Assembly: GCA_963663165.1 (NCBI GenBank)
Contig: OY760175.1
Coordinates: 1,760,001 to 1,824,000 of the forward strand
From: an uncultured Desulfospira sp.
GTDB lineage: Bacteria; Desulfobacterota; Desulfobacteria; Desulfobacterales; Desulfobacteraceae
Reading direction: 5' to 3'
Length of the DNA stretch: 64,000 bases
Shown: positions 51,848 through 61,900 of the stretch, in pieces
Numbering within the stretch: position 1 is the first letter of the stretch
How the letters are laid out: each line of letters opens with the position of its first letter
Notes under the pieces: model-generated
Seen by the model: only the letters and a program-made list of their open reading frames with translations
Told to the model about the DNA's origin: nothing
Database searches by the model: none
Position numbers and translations under genes: made by a program

Positions 51848-51975
51848 TGTCATAGATTGGCCAGGATTGGGGGGCGGGCCAAGCCAATCATCTGATATTA
51901 AATGTTACGTGCCAAAATCCTGTCATACTTTTTACCAAATTACAGAGCACAATTAAAGGGTAAACGCCCAAAACA

Positions 51976-52101
51976 GGGGCTTAAAACAAGCTTAATTCAA
52001 TGTTTTTGGCCCCCAAATGTCCATTTTAAGAAAATCGATGTTATAAAAAGCCCATCCGGTTTCATTTCCTTTTGCAAAAAAAGAATGATAGGGAAAGATG
52101 T
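51976..52101 (+). repeat. Rhs 5' leader repeat copy
   Basis: Near-identical to 18236-18359. Confidence 0.85.
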
Positions 52102-52488
52102 ATGAATTCTACTGCCAGAAACGGATGGGCTTTTCATATTGCCGTTATCATCATGTTATCGGTCGTTTTATGGTGTTTGCCATGTTATTCCGGCACTTCC
52201 TGCGTGTGCCGCAGCGAGGCCGTATCCCCCTCAACTACCACCGTCGGCACCATCTCACTGGATACAAGCACTTTAAGCTCTACTACCCAGACCGACTGGA
52301 AAGATAAATACACCACCCTGGTCAATGGTGTAGAAACAATCGTTAAAAAAGCCTCAGAAACCATGAACGCGGCAAAGACCGCCCTGGGCGACCCGGTAGA
52401 CATGGTAAGCGGCGAGTTCTACACGGAAGAAACCCCCGATTTCCTGATTAAGTCCCGGGGGCTCGATTTATCCATTATCCGAAAATAC
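52102..52488 (+). pseudogene. Truncated Rhs 5' end
   Basis: Signal peptide plus TTQTDWKDKY...GDPVDM...SIIRKY, nearly identical to Rhs1 11770-11985; cut at a stutter site. Confidence 0.88.
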
Positions 52489-52881
52489 ACGCGACTTGGG
52501 GTCACACGCGACTTGGGGTCAGGTCTTGCGCGACTTGGGGTCAGGTCTTGAAATATAAGTTTTTGATTTGGGGTCCCGGTTTTATTTTTAACTGCCTTGA
52601 AAATCCCTTGAAGGGCACCATGTTGAGCGAAGCGAATAAACCATCGTTGAGCAGAGCGAATAAGGCAGGACGCAAAGTAGACCCCTTTAAAAAAGTGGGC
52701 CTACTTTGCATGTCCTGTCACCCTAACGCCCTATCTTTTTATGGCTTAACCTGATTTTTTATATTTGAATATAGTTAAAATATATTTTCGTATAATAGCC
52801 TATAGAAAAACAGAAAATGATATAATTATCTATATTAACAAACAATTATAGATAAGAGCAAGCCAAGGGCCAGGTCTAAAT

Positions 52882-53268
52882 TTACCAAATAACCTCCACC
52901 GGATATTTGGCAAACATGGCATCACTCGTGATCACAGGTATCTGCCCGGTTATGCCCTGGGCAATGATCAGGCGGTCAAAGGGATCTTTGTGATGAAACT
53001 CAAGGTTGATAACCTTTGAGAGGTGATCCAATTCGACAGGCAGTACATCGATAGCGTGTTCTTCAAGCTGGGCAGGCATGAGCCGGTCAAAAGAATCAAG
53101 CAGTTCAAGTTTGCCCAGGCTTGTTTTAATGGCAATTTCCCACAGGCTTGCGGCGCTTAAAACCAGATCATTGTTAAAATCGAGCATAATGTTGCGGGCG
53201 TTAAGGCTGAGCCGGTCGCTTCCGGAAATGAACCACAAGAAAGCACTTGTATCAAGCAAAACCCGCAT
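52882..53268 (-). CDS. vapC: VapC/PIN-domain toxin
   Basis: LLDTSAFLW, SLWEIAIK, HKDPFDRLIIAQ, ITSD. Confidence 0.9.
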   Translation of the reverse strand: MRVLLDTSAFLWFISGSDRLSLNARNIMLDFNNDLVLSAASLWEIAIKTSLGKLELLDSFDRLMPAQLEEHAIDVLPVELDHLSKVINLEFHHKDPFDRLIIAQGITGQIPVITSDAMFAKYPVEVIW

Positions 53269-53489
53269 TACATATATTCCTTAAAATCGTCCAGGGGGGC
53301 GTCGAAGTCGTCTGCCATTTTGATCAGCCCTTTTGCCGAACCGAACACCCGTTGTTTTTTCTTTCTGGGGATGCCGACAATTTTAGCAATCGGCAGTCCC
53401 TGCCTTGTAATGATAATGGCTTCTTCAATATTCTGTTCAAGAATTTGGGGAAGCTGCTGTGTAATCTGGCTGATATCTATATTTTGCAT
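53268..53489 (-). CDS. Phd/YefM-like antitoxin
   Basis: IIITRQGLPIAKIV...RVFGSAKG...DDFDAPL; coupled to vapC. Confidence 0.85.
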   Translation of the reverse strand: MQNIDISQITQQLPQILEQNIEEAIIITRQGLPIAKIVGIPRKKKQRVFGSAKGLIKMADDFDAPLDDFKEYM

Positions 53490-53516
53490 AATCTGCCTTC
53501 CTGTATAAATATGGTG

Positions 53517-53906
53517 TTATCTTGCATCGTCCATGGCCATAATGCCTTGCGTTCTGTTTTTAAGGATCATGCCGTCGAGTATCCTGATAACCGCCTCTTT
53601 ATCTTCGGCCTGGAATCGTTCAAGCTCCCTGAACCGCTTTGCCAGGCGGGTATCATTGAGGTTGCCCATGTCGCTGTGATCCCCGATTAGCAGATAGTCC
53701 AGAGTGGAGTCAAGCAGTTCAGCCAATTGTATGAGTTTTTCTAATGACGGGATATGCAATCCCATTTCATATTTATTGAACTGGCTGAATCCGATATCAA
53801 CCATGGCGGCCAACTCTTTTTGTGTCCATCCTTTTTGATTGCGAAGTCGTTTAAGGCGTTCTCCAAAAGCTTTTCTTACCTCTTTGTCCATCATGTCGAA
53901 AATCAT
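53517..53906 (-). CDS. Xre-family HTH repressor (paralogue of 43153-43524)
   Basis: FGERLKRLRNQKGWTQKELA...NKYEMG...TLDYLL. Confidence 0.88.
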   Translation of the reverse strand: MIFDMMDKEVRKAFGERLKRLRNQKGWTQKELAAMVDIGFSQFNKYEMGLHIPSLEKLIQLAELLDSTLDYLLIGDHSDMGNLNDTRLAKRFRELERFQAEDKEAVIRILDGMILKNRTQGIMAMDDAR

Positions 53907-54657
53907 CCTTATTTAAATTTTTGTTCTTGATTATAGCACGGGTTTGAAAAACGCCCTCGACAGCAATCTAATATTTAGATATCAAATATCCACAATAAGG
54001 ACAAGGTTTTTACTTGACAAGCTTTTTAAAAACGGAGAGCAATAGAAAAATGCCATCAGCCTTATGACTTTGGCGGGTCCCGGAATATGGACTGGTCGGG
54101 ACTGGTTCGGGACTGGGGTCGTGGTTCGGGACTGGCGGGACTGGGGTCGGGCCATGCTAACGAGCTGAATTAAAGGAAAATACTCTCAAAAGCACCCGTC
54201 TTTTTGGTCTTAAATCGATGTTTTTGGGGGCAAAAAGGGCTGTTTAAGGGGCAGTCAGGTTTTTTAGGGATTGATTTGGGGGGCAGACCAAGCAAACTTT
54301 TATAACCAACCGTTAATAAAAATAATTTTTTGAGGGCAAGGTAAAAAGCGGCTCTTAGCAGTCACATTTCGGTACCCCCAATAAATCATGTAAGGAGCAT
54401 TTATGATCAATTCAATCCAGATTTATCCGAAGAACATGGGAAACCATGGCACGCGCTAACCGACATTTGGTTCAAAAATCGGCCTCAGAAAGGCATATTA
54501 AATTCAGGCGGTGGATTTGGGGCTCACACCCTGTTTGATTTCTCCGCTTTAATGGGGTAAAGTACGCATTTCTTATTGTTTGATGCGTTTAACCCTAACC
54601 ATAGGATCAGCCAACCCCAGTGACTGTAACCCGTTCCTTTACAAAAGCAACCATCAA

Positions 54658-55752
54658 ATGACCCAAACCGGCCCCATCGGACAATCCCCGGATTTAACCG
54701 TTTTTCTTGTGCAAAAAAGCCTGGCAGACTGGTACCGAATAAACCAACGCCCCCTGCCCTGGCGGTCAACCAAAGACCCATATCATATCTGGGTATCGGA
54801 AGTCATGGCACAGCAAACCCAGATGAAAACCGTGATCCCCTATTACCTTAGATTTACGGAAAGGTTCCCCACGATCAGGGATCTGGCCAAGGCAGACCTT
54901 GATACGGTTCTCAAGCTATGGGAGGGGTTGGGGTATTATGCCCGGGCCAGAAATTTTCACCGGGCTTCCCGGGTTGTGGCGGACCATTTCCAGCACCGGA
55001 TTCCAGAGGACCTGGCAGAGTTTAAAACCCTTCCCGGGGTGGGAGAGTATATTGGTGCGGCGGTCCAGAGCATTGCCTTCGGCCATCCGGAGGCTGTGGT
55101 GGACGGCAATGTCAAACGGGTTCTGGCACGTCTTTTCCGCCTTGATTTTCCGGCCAACGGCCCGGCGTCTCACCGGCAGTTTCTCCCCTTTGCCCGAAAC
55201 CTTTTAGACAAAAATGATCCCGGCACCTTTAACCAGGCAATGATGGAGCTTGGCGCCCTGATCTGCACCCCGAAAGCCCCTGTCTGCCCTCAATGTCCGG
55301 TTTCATCCTATTGCTCAAGTTTTGTCCAAAACAGCGTCAACGACTATCCCAAACGGCTAAAGCCTAAAAAAGTGCCGGTAGTGAAGATTGCCGTGGGCAT
55401 TGTCAGAAAAAATGGAAAACTGCTGATCACCAAACGAAAACCGGATGGACTACTGGGCGGGCTATGGGAATTTCCAGGCGGCAAACTCAAAAACAATGAA
55501 GTCCCAAAGGCGGCCTGCATTCGGGAAATCAAAGAAGAAACCGGACTCACCGTTGAAATCACAAGCCACCTGACAACGGTCCGTCACGCCTATACCCACT
55601 TTAAAATCATCATGGAAGTATTTGACTGCACCTGGCAGTCCGGCAGGGTCCGGCTTAACGGGCCCGTGGATTATTGCTGGATCAGTCCTAAAGATATCAA
55701 CCGTTTTGCCTTTCCCAAAGCAAACTTAAAGTTTATCCCCATGATCCTTTAA
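54658..55752 (+). CDS. mutY: A/G-specific adenine glycosylase MutY with C-terminal NUDIX domain
   Basis: WVSEVMAQQT, LPGVG HhH, VDGNV, Fe-S cysteine cluster, NUDIX box. Start codon uncertain. Confidence 0.93.
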   Translation: MTQTGPIGQSPDLTVFLVQKSLADWYRINQRPLPWRSTKDPYHIWVSEVMAQQTQMKTVIPYYLRFTERFPTIRDLAKADLDTVLKLWEGLGYYARARNFHRASRVVADHFQHRIPEDLAEFKTLPGVGEYIGAAVQSIAFGHPEAVVDGNVKRVLARLFRLDFPANGPASHRQFLPFARNLLDKNDPGTFNQAMMELGALICTPKAPVCPQCPVSSYCSSFVQNSVNDYPKRLKPKKVPVVKIAVGIVRKNGKLLITKRKPDGLLGGLWEFPGGKLKNNEVPKAACIREIKEETGLTVEITSHLTTVRHAYTHFKIIMEVFDCTWQSGRVRLNGPVDYCWISPKDINRFAFPKANLKFIPMIL

Positions 55753-55766
55753 TAAATGGGATAAGG

Positions 55767-57554
55767 TTAGAATTTCCCATCATCCAGCCCCAATTCGGAA
55801 AGCCTGTCAATGGTATAATTATACCCGGCTTCGATGATCTCTTCGGCTCTCTGGTAGGCGGTTAAGGAAAAATTGGAAACCGGCGGTTCAAGGTAGTAAT
55901 CGGCCAGGTACATGATCCGCTTGCGCTGCGCCAGGCCGCCGATCTGATTGGCATGGGCCAGGATCCGTTTCAGGCCGGGAATTGTAGATGATTTTTTACT
56001 GAACCGGGATTTGATCACATCCCAGCTGTTAAGGGTGGTGATGCTCGGATCAACCGAAATGTCCTCTTTGATATCCACATCCAGGGCAATGATGGTCCCG
56101 TTTCCCCGCCGCCGTTCCAACGCGGTTCCAAGCCGTCCGCGCATGGCCTGGACCGGGACATTTTCCAGAATGGCCCCGTCCACCATCAATTCTCCGTTGT
56201 TCACCACCGGCGGAAACAGCCCTGCCGGGGAATTGCTGGCCAAAACGGCCTGCCAGAGGGGGCCTGAATCCATGACCGCCGTGTCGGCGCAGCTTAAATT
56301 ACAGGCTGCTGCAAAATAAGTAGTCCATAAGCACTGAACCTGTGTATCCCCAAAAGTCGTCCGGAGGGCCTTTTCAAAATTCTTGACGGAAAACAGGGAA
56401 ACCACGGGAAGATCAAGCTTGATCAGCCCCTTTATAAACCGGAGTATGGTGGTATGGATCTCCTGTCTTGGAATGCCGAAAATATAAGAAGCCCCGATCA
56501 AAGCGCCCATGCTGTTGCCGCCAAGCAGGTCAATGGGAATCTTTTTTTCCTCGAAAGCCTTTAATGCTCCTAAATGGGCAAACCCCCTGGCACCGCCCCC
56601 GCCAAGGACCACCCCCACAGCCCGGCCCACCAGAAAACGGGCAATTCTCCGGTAATCGGACAAATCATCAGGGCTTGCCGGATACACCCGTTCCACATCC
56701 CTTGGCCCCTGCCATTCCAGCTTGTCCTCACAACGGCTGGTTTTGTTCCGGTGAAGGACAATAAGATGTTTTCTCATCAGTTCAATGCCGGGTTTTTGGG
56801 TAAGATCCGCCTCAACCTTGGACAGGTCCTTTACCTGTTCCTGGCCGGCAACAAACAGAATCTGATCAGCATACTCTAGGCTTTCAGATGCCACCCTTGA
56901 ATCTGAATCATATGCCGGGGTCTGATAGATCAAAAAATCGTTTTCCGCCTCCATGAGATCAATATTTAATTGCCTGGCTGTGAATTCGTCTTCCAGCACA
57001 ATATGCCGGGCCCGGCCCATCTGGGAAAAGGCGTTGGTCAGATTACGGGCCACCCGACCGGCATCCACCCGGTCTAAGATGGGAATCACCACAAACGAAT
57101 GGGCCCGTTTCTGACGTTCCACCCGCTGGGTGTGGCGCAAATGATTGTAAATGGCCTGGGAAAACACCCGGTTTATCTCTATGGGATAAGTTTGGAGCAG
57201 CCGCTCAAAATCTTCCTTTGAAAAAATACCCAGAACCGAACTTCGCAGGGCGGTTATGTCCGCCGCCCTGGACTGATCCAGAATAACGCCGAGTTCGCCT
57301 ACGATTTCACCGGGAAGGATCTCGTTAAACAACATCAGGTTGCCGTCCTTTCCCTGCCGTGTCACCCGCAGCCGTCCTGAAACCAGAACAAACATGGATC
57401 TTATGTAATCACCTTCTGATATAATCTTGGTGCCGGCCGCCACCTCTTTGATCTCAAGACAGGCCACCAATTCTTCCAAAACCTTGTCTGGAAGCTGTTT
57501 GAATTCCACTCCGGCCCGGAGCAGCTCACCAATCTGATCTTTACTCACGCTCAT
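55767..57554 (-). CDS. cNMP-binding patatin-like phospholipase (NTE family)
   Basis: GELGV...RAAD cNMP domain; GGGGARG, GNSMG and DGA patatin motifs. Confidence 0.9.
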   Translation of the reverse strand: MSVSKDQIGELLRAGVEFKQLPDKVLEELVACLEIKEVAAGTKIISEGDYIRSMFVLVSGRLRVTRQGKDGNLMLFNEILPGEIVGELGVILDQSRAADITALRSSVLGIFSKEDFERLLQTYPIEINRVFSQAIYNHLRHTQRVERQKRAHSFVVIPILDRVDAGRVARNLTNAFSQMGRARHIVLEDEFTARQLNIDLMEAENDFLIYQTPAYDSDSRVASESLEYADQILFVAGQEQVKDLSKVEADLTQKPGIELMRKHLIVLHRNKTSRCEDKLEWQGPRDVERVYPASPDDLSDYRRIARFLVGRAVGVVLGGGGARGFAHLGALKAFEEKKIPIDLLGGNSMGALIGASYIFGIPRQEIHTTILRFIKGLIKLDLPVVSLFSVKNFEKALRTTFGDTQVQCLWTTYFAAACNLSCADTAVMDSGPLWQAVLASNSPAGLFPPVVNNGELMVDGAILENVPVQAMRGRLGTALERRRGNGTIIALDVDIKEDISVDPSITTLNSWDVIKSRFSKKSSTIPGLKRILAHANQIGGLAQRKRIMYLADYYLEPPVSNFSLTAYQRAEEIIEAGYNYTIDRLSELGLDDGKF

Positions 57555-57900
57555 TTGAACCCCTTAAAGAACATCATGATCCAGCCTGCCGTTTGACGGC
57601 AAAACAAATTTTTTACATAAAATAACAGACGATCAGTTGACTACTTGTACCCGGTTATCGTAGAATTCGCTTTAAGACACCCTGCGATTTACCGGATTGT
57701 TTAATTTCGACTGGAACGACCTGAACCGTCTCCATTCGAAGAAAACCACTTGGGCGATTTCCCTGCATAACTTCATCACGCCCAGAGTGCCATGAATTGT
57801 ATCATATATTTAAATAAAGATGAACCAGACTAAATTTTTCTTAACGCCGTATATTGAACACCCGTATAAGGGCATCTTTCGGGGAAAAAGAGGAGCTTTC

Positions 57901-58920
57901 ATGACCATGAGGACCGCCTGGATCTGGCCCGTACTGTTATTGGGATTTATGGTCTGGGCCTTTTTGCGATACGATTTCTCGCAGGCAGTAAACGCATTTC
58001 ACGGGATTGACTGGCGGCTGATGGGCCTGTCCTTTGGGTTTAATATCGGCATTCTCTACTTTCGGGTAATCAAATGGGCCCTTGTTTTTAAGCCCATAAA
58101 TCGGGTGTTCTCTCATTTTAACCTGTGCCTGGCCTTATTTGCCGGCTGTCTGGTCAACATGGTTATTCCGGCACGGGCCGGGGGGCTGGTTCAGGCCTGG
58201 ATTATCGGTAAAAAAGAAAACTTCCCGGTCAGCACGGCATTGGGCACCGTCACCCTGGTCAGGCTGTTTGACAGTATCATGCTTATTTTTTTGGCCGTTG
58301 TGACCTTAATTTTGTTCCATATCCCCAAAGGCAGCGATGAATACTTTAAGTCCGTGTTCAAAACCGCCGGAACGGCCGGTTTTTTCTTGTGTGTTCTGGC
58401 CGTGATTCTCTTTGTTTTCACCCAAAACCAACAAGCCATGGACCGGCTTTTACACATTTTGCTCAAGGGGGTGCCGGCCCGGTTCAAGCCTTCGGCCAAA
58501 GAGGCGGCCACAGGGTTCCGGCAGGGGTTAACCGGCCTTAACTCAGCCTTTTATGTCGCTTTCAGCCTTCTGTTGAGCCTTATGTTCTGGCTGCTTTGCG
58601 CAGTCAATGTATGGATCCTGATCAAAGCGCTGGGCCTCGGGTTAAGGGGATTGTTCCCCCCTGTCCTGATGCTCCTGGCCCAGGCCTTTTCCATGGGAAT
58701 TCCAGCCCCTGCCACGGCAGGCCCCTACCATGCGGCCACGGTAAGCATTCTGATGTTTTACGGCATATCCTCCCCATCCGCATTGTATGCCGCGGTGATC
58801 ATGCATGGGATGATGTTTATCTCCAATACATTTCCCGGCCTGCTGTACCTGTGGTTGGATAAACCTTCGCTCTCTGTAATGTTGAAAGGAATCAAAGATG
58901 CCCGCTCAAATCTGCGCTAA
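57901..58920 (+). CDS. Lysylphosphatidylglycerol synthase TM / UPF0104 flippase-like membrane protein
   Basis: Multi-TM; NMVIPARAG, RLFD, GPYH; AGGAG RBS before 57901. Confidence 0.8.
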   Translation: MTMRTAWIWPVLLLGFMVWAFLRYDFSQAVNAFHGIDWRLMGLSFGFNIGILYFRVIKWALVFKPINRVFSHFNLCLALFAGCLVNMVIPARAGGLVQAWIIGKKENFPVSTALGTVTLVRLFDSIMLIFLAVVTLILFHIPKGSDEYFKSVFKTAGTAGFFLCVLAVILFVFTQNQQAMDRLLHILLKGVPARFKPSAKEAATGFRQGLTGLNSAFYVAFSLLLSLMFWLLCAVNVWILIKALGLGLRGLFPPVLMLLAQAFSMGIPAPATAGPYHAATVSILMFYGISSPSALYAAVIMHGMMFISNTFPGLLYLWLDKPSLSVMLKGIKDARSNLR

Positions 58921-61900
58921 CACCCATCCGCTCACTTTAGTTCAAGAAGACATCTGGCTGTCTCAAATGATCCATAACTCAGTCCCCCTGTTTAACATCG
59001 GCGGCAACGTTAAAATCAATGGTTTCATTGACACTGATGCATTTATTGAAACCCATCGCCTGGTTACTGAACAGAATGATGCCTTCAGGATGGTGTTTCA
59101 TCAAGGGTGTGCCCTGCCCCGATTTTCATTTTCCGACACCGCCAAAAAAATTGAACTCAAAGATTTTTCAGGTCATGGGAATCCGGACAAGGCCGCCATG
59201 CAATGGTGGAAAGAAGAATTTTGCAGGCCCTTTCAAATCCACGACGCCCAGATGTCCCGGTATTACCTGTTAAAGACCTCCCAAAAAAGTTTTTATTATG
59301 CGGTATGTGCCCACCACCTGACCATGGATGGATACTGTTTTGCCATTCTCAACCAGCGGCTGCTGGAAAACTACAACTTTCTGGTCACAGGAACAGGCCA
59401 GACCGGTAATAAGCCCTCCTATGCCGACTTTATTGCCAATGATCAGGAATACCGGAAGTCGGATGAATTCGCCCGGGCCAAAGCCTTCTGGGCCCAGAAA
59501 TTTGAGACCATTCCCCGGCCCATGATTCCCCGCCGGTATACGGCCGGTTTCAAACAGACGGCCACGCCCAGTGCCTTTTCCCATATCTGGCTGACCCCTG
59601 ACTTTTACTACCAGCTGATCCGGTATTCAAAAGAACGGGAAGGCAACGTCTTCTTCCTTATGGCCGCTATTTTGTATACCTATTTTTTGCGGACAACCGA
59701 TATTAAAACCTTTGTCTTTTCCCTGCCGCTGCTCAACCGCCCCACCCTGGAATTTATGGACACCATGGGCCCGTTTGTGAATGTGGTGCCGGTCTGTCTT
59801 GATTTCGGGCTTAACATGAATATTCGAACCTTTTTTAACCGGTTAAAGGACGAATTAAAAGACTCCTTTCCCCATCAGCGATTTCCATTGGGCGAAATCA
59901 ACCGGGCCGCAAAACTGAAAAAATCCGGCCGGACCCAGCTGTTTGACGTGAGCCTGTCCTACGAAAAATTCAACTACGATGTGATGGACTATAACGGCAC
60001 CAAGTTTGAAATCAACACCATGCACAACGGCTGGGACCAGACCCCCTTGACCCTGGCCATCAAGGAGTACCAGAAAAAAACCGGCGTAAAGCTCGAATTT
60101 TATTATAACCTGGCCGCATATAAACCCGGCGAGATTGATTTTTTAATGGAGCGGATACGGTACATGTTGGAACAGGTTATAAACACACCCGACATTCCGT
60201 TAAGCCAGCTTAAAATCTTGCCGGAGAGAGAATCTCAAAAGCTTTTAGTAGAATTCAACCAGAAGGCCCGCACGGCTGCGCCCCCTTTCAAAAACATCTG
60301 CGAAATTTTCAGGACTGTTGCCAAAGCCCGCTTCGACCATACGGCCGTTCAGTTCGGCAGCCGGACGAGCCGGCAGAAAATGACATATCAAATGCTCAAT
60401 GACCGGTCTGACCGGTTATCATCCTATCTTAAGTCCCGGTTTGACGGGCCGGCGCCCCTTGTCGCGTTCTACGGGTATCGGTCCATTGAAATGGTCCTCG
60501 GGATTCTTTCGGTGTTAAAAGCGGGAGGGGCCTATGTTCCCCTGGATCCCGACTATCCCCAAGAAAGAATAAACTTCATGCTTGAGGATTCCGGGGTCCG
60601 GATCATTTTGACCCAAAAAATTCTAAAATCCAGACTGGCCGTCAAAGCAGACCAGACCATTATCCCCATAGACGATTTCCCCTACGATAACATTGATATT
60701 GCCCCCCATGATACCGGCATCACCGCTGACAGCCTTGCCTATGTGATCTATACATCCGGCACCACAGGGCAGCCCAAAGGTGTCATGTGCACCCATGGCG
60801 GGCTTGCCAACCTTGCGGCTTCCCAGAACAACATATTCAGCATCACGCCGGAAAGCCGGGTCCTGCAATTTGCCTCCCTGTGTTTTGATGCCTCTGTCTC
60901 AGAAATATTTACCACTTTAACGGCTGGCGCCACCCTGGTTCTGGCCTCAAAAGACGATTTAATGCCGGGGCCGACGCTGCTGGACACCCTTCAAAGAGAA
61001 CGCATCTCCCATGTCACCCTTCCGCCTTCTTCACTGGCCGTCATGGATTCTTTGCCCCTGCCGGATCTATCCACCCTGGTTACCGCAGGAGAACCCTGTC
61101 CCTCAAAATTATTCGAAAAATGGGGGGGACATCGCCGGTTCATTAACGCCTACGGGCCGACCGAGGCCACGGTCTGCGCCTCGGCTCACCTGTGCAAAGC
61201 CCAGGATATAGATCAGCTGCCCATGGGAACGCCCATCGACAATGTAAGCCTCTATGTTTTAAACGATGCCCTTGAACCCATGCCCATCGGCGTCCCGGGC
61301 CAGCTGTATATCGGAGGAGCCGGCGTGGCCAAAGGGTATCTGAACCAACCCGATCTCACCCGGGAAAAATTTATAGCCAATCCCTTTGAGCATGAAAACG
61401 GGCATGACCGGCTTTACCGGACCGGGGATATGGTCCGGTTTCTGGCCGATGCCAGCCTGATGTTCATGGGACGGTTCGATCATCAGGTCAAGGTCAGGGG
61501 ATACCGGATCGAACCCGAAGAGGTCGAAAAGGTGATCGCAAGCCACCCCAAAATATCGGAAGCCGCGGTCATTACAAAGAAAACATCCTCATCGGACAAC
61601 ACCCTTGTCCTGTTTTTCTCAGGCGGTGACAATGGGGGTGCCCATGCCCTGGCCGCCGAAATCCGGCAGTTTGCCAAACAGAAACTGCCGGACTACATGA
61701 TCCCATCCCGTTTCATTCCCATGGACGCAATGCCCCATACGCCCAGCGGCAAATTGGACCGGCGTATTTTAGAACAGACCCAGCCCCCAGAACCGTCTTG
61801 CCAAAGCCATGGAACGTCACCGGAAACTGAAACTCAAAAACAGCTGTCAGACCTTTTCGCAAAGGCCATGAATGTGGAGACCATTTCCATTGGCAGACAC

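Noticed and set aside
52622..52665. Short direct repeat gttgagc..agcgaataa x2
   Set aside because: Only two copies and no interpretable context.
17991..54293. Leader and stutter repeats as a CRISPR array
   Set aside because: The repeats are long or degenerate, spaced kilobases apart, have no regular spacers, and no cas genes are present.
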